Shown here: positions 61,189 through 64,000 of the stretch, one piece after another
Layout of the letters: the number at the start of each line of letters is the position of its first letter
How positions within the stretch are numbered: the first letter of the stretch is position 1
Assembly (NCBI RefSeq): GCF_902713615.1
Contig: NC_052158.1
Location: 109,752,540 to 109,816,539, forward strand
Source of the DNA: Scyliorhinus canicula
Lineage: Eukaryota
Direction: 5' to 3'
DNA length: 64,000 bases
The notes under the pieces: model-generated
The model's input: only the letters and a program-made list of their open reading frames with translations
Told to the model about the DNA's origin: nothing
The model's database searches: none
Position numbers and translations under genes: made by a program

Positions 61189-62287
61189 TTTTGTCTCCTT
61201 ACAGACGCTGCCAGACTTTCTGAGATTTTCCAGCGTTTTCTCTTTTGGTGTCGGATTCCACCATCCGCAGTAATTTGCTTTTATAGAGTAATGATCAATG
61301 TTTTTTGGGGACCAGAGGAAGGTTTGTCATGGCTTTCCCCAGTCTTGGAAGATTTGTTCTTCCTGATATGCATTAATGACGTAGACCTTGGTGTACAGGG
61401 CACAAATGCAAAATCTGTGGAAGCATTATGAACTGTGTGGAGGTAGTGTGGAACTTCAAAAGGACAGAGATAAGACAGTGGAACGGACGAACAAGTGCCA
61501 ACTGGGTTAAATGCAGAGGTGTGTAAAATGATTGAGTTTGGTAGAAAGAACATGGAGAGACAATGTAAAATAAAGTGTGCAATTTGAAAGAGGGTCCAGA
61601 AGGGAGGGGCATTGATGTATCTGTGCAAAAGTCATTGAAGTGGCAAGATACGTTGAGAGAATAGTTAATAAAGCCTATATTAATGGGTGATAGAGTACAA
61701 GAGCAAGGAGGTGATGTTAAACTTGTATAAAACACTGGTTTGGCTTGCTGTTCTGGGTGTCATGCTTTAGATAAGATGTAAAAGAGTGCAGGGCTCTCCT
61801 TGGAGAAGAGAAGGCTCAGAGGAGATTTGATAAAACTATCCAGAATCATGGAGTTCTGGACTGAGTTGATACAAATAAACTGTTCCCACTCGTGCAATTA
61901 TCAAGAACTAGAGGGCACAGATTTAAGGCAGTTAGCAAAAAAAAAAACAATGACAACATGGGGGAAATAATTTTCATGCAGCGAGTGGTTAGAATGCACT
62001 GCCAGAGAGTGTGGTGGAGGCAGATTCAATTGAAGCGTTCAAAGGGGAATTAGATGGTGATCTGAAAAGAGAGATTGTATCCAGCTTTATGTGGAGAAGG
62101 CAGGGGAGCAGCACGAGGTGAATTGCTCATTTTGAGAGTCGACCAGACACATGCGTCAAATGACCTCCTTCTGAGCTTTATAATGTGATTATTTTTAGAG
62201 GTGTGCTTGAGGAGGCAACATCCAGAGAGTGTTGATGCACTTTTTATCATATGCAATACTCATGGATGTGACATGGTACAAACCTAT

Positions 62288-62883
62288 AGGGCGGAATCTT
62301 ATCAAAAAATGGCAGTGTCAATTCCAGTGAGAAAAACACTGTGACTGCCGCCGACAACATCGCTGGAATTTCTCATGGACGTTTGAGCCTCTTTGCCAAA
62401 AAAAGCGAGTGGGCGGGGTTTACGCTGTCACTCCAGCGGGCCGAGCTGTCTGAGAGCTGGGAAACGGCTCCAAACAAATTGGGGCACCATCTTTAAAAGG
62501 CGCCCTGACCAACACTGCAGTCTAACAGCTCCCCACAAACATCATGGAGTTCTTGAGTGATTCCCCCGCCACCCCCTCGACTACAGATATATGCACCATT
62601 AGGATACACTCCGGCACTGCCCCTGACACAGGTTGACACTTCCATAATGGCACTACCAACCTGATAGCGCCAACCTGGCTTGTCCCACTATTCCCCACCC
62701 AGGGCTATACTTACCTCTGGGCCCCTGGAGAGAACCTCTCGACTGCTTGATCAAACCTGTTGTAAATAATGGTGAATATTCTGTGAGAGGGGACAGTCTG
62801 GAGAGAGTACTCGCTAAAGACATGCTAATGTATTAAAATGAGGTTCCTGGCTCTCGCTGTGCGATTTATACTACTCCTTTGGA

Positions 62884-62936
<53 letters not shown>

Positions 62937-63025
62937 GAAAATTCAAAAACCAAATCACAAAAGGAGATAAATGCGTATTTCGATGCTCCCCAAATTTTGA
63001 GCCCGTGCCGAGTTTCTCATTAGGA
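62288..63025. mobile_element. Decayed MITE-like element containing a G50 run (62886-62935)
   Basis: gggcggaatctt start; internal similarity to 42960-43995. Confidence 0.45.
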
Positions 63026-63036
63026 GAGAGAAGGGT

Positions 63037-63264
63037 GGGCAGCACGGTGGCGCAGTGGGTTAGCCCTGCTGCCTCACGGCGCTGAGGTCCCAGGTTCGAT
63101 CCCGGCTCTGGGTCACTGTCCGTGTGGAGTTTGCACATTCTCCCCGTGTTTACGTGGGTTTCGCCCCCACAACCCAAAGATGTGCTGGGTAGGTAGATTG
63201 GCCACGCTAAATTGCCCCTTAATTGGAAAAAATTAATTGGGTACTCAAAATTTATTTTAAAAAA
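63037..63264 (+). mobile_element. A-tailed V-SINE
   Basis: Matches family; TSD agagaagg. Confidence 0.9.
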
Positions 63265-63418
63265 GAACAGAGAAGGATCAAAATCACCCCACAAAAAATT
63301 GGTAGCTGGTCTAAATGTCCAAATATAATATTGAACAAAATCAGAGGCTGGGTAGTTTATGGAAAACAGTTCATTTCTTGACTCTCCAAAGCATATCCGA
63401 CTACAGGGCACGAGTCAT

Positions 63419-63556
63419 TCTTTTTTAAAATTTAGAGAACCAAATTCTTTTTTTCTTTTTAGATTAAGGGCCAATTTAGCATGGATAATTCACCTAGCCT
63501 GCACATCTTTGGGTTGTGAGGGTGAGACCCATGCAAACACGGGGAGAGTATGCAAG
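63419..63556 (-). mobile_element. 5'-truncated A-tailed V-SINE
   Basis: Exact 15-bp TSD cagggcacgagtcat (63404-63418, 63557-63571). Confidence 0.9.
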
Positions 63557-64000
63557 CAGGGCACGAGTCATGAAGATGATTGAATACTCTTCATTTGTCA
63601 GGAAGAGCAAGGCTGCTACGACATTCAAGACGCTTGCAACTACCCTCTCCAAAGCATCTCCATTTGATCTGCATTTTGTTTACAGCCTAAATATCCACTC
63701 CTTCGTTGCTGGTATTGTTGGGATACTGTTGTAAAACCTTTGTCTGTTCTGTGTTTGCTGGTAATCCCTGCCCTGCTGCCTGCATTCAGTCTACAGCCTT
63801 CTGGTTAGCTGCTGCATCATTGGGATTTCTGCTTAAACAACAGACTTTGGACAAACTGAAACACTCCTGCTCTAATATACTAATCAGGACTTCCCCTTTA
63901 GGTTCTGTGGCAGAACCCTGATGTTAGTTGCTGGACTTGGCAGGCAGCCAATTAGCTTGTTGACATCCGGGTTTTGGACCGATTCCAGTTTGGGATTGGT

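Larger units (their letters stand above)
60817..61283. mobile_element. Palindromic Penelope-type non-autonomous element
   Basis: ~100-bp inverted arms around a ~50-bp spacer; each arm has a hammerhead-like motif; right arm split by a SINE. Confidence 0.65.
60620..62195 (+). mobile_element. Old CR1 ORF2, part 2 to tail
   Basis: Resumes at FEEVTE..GFRKAF; CR1 3' UTR at the end. Confidence 0.8.

Noticed and set aside
62886-62935. Poly-Gly/poly-Pro coding from G50 (also G27 at 60421 and the C run near 28722)
   Set aside because: These are homopolymers inside repeats, and their lengths may be sequencing-dependent.
4008-63583. Dozens of 60-180 aa ORFs sharing MCKLHTDSDPEPGSNLGP or WVSPPQPKD
   Set aside because: They are translations of SINE copies, not a gene family.

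Overview
Eukaryotic, gene-poor, repeat-dense DNA, very likely from an elasmobranch (shark/catshark type), judged from the HE1/V-SINE, DeuSINE, CR1 and L1 repertoire recognised from memory without a database search. I found no host protein-coding gene, rRNA, true tRNA or CRISPR array. The window holds about 27 copies of an A-tailed V-SINE, other tRNA-derived SINEs, and CR1, L1 and Rex1/Babar LINE pieces. It also holds two decayed Gypsy elements plus solo LTRs, Harbinger and hAT transposase remnants, GC-rich palindromic MITEs and a 30-bp minisatellite. The only long coding sequence is a young 5'-truncated CR1 ORF2 (56403-58802) with one nonsense codon. Best leads: (1) a minimal type I hammerhead ribozyme motif with a compensatory U3:A8 core in a Penelope-type palindromic repeat (9805-9843, 60970-61008); (2) one SINE head joined to three different tails, with the dominant A-tailed form showing L1-type long TSDs; (3) the hairpin-forming 30-mer array; (4) a TE-free island with clustered K50-homeodomain sites. 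Coordinates of decayed repeats are approximate (tens of bp).
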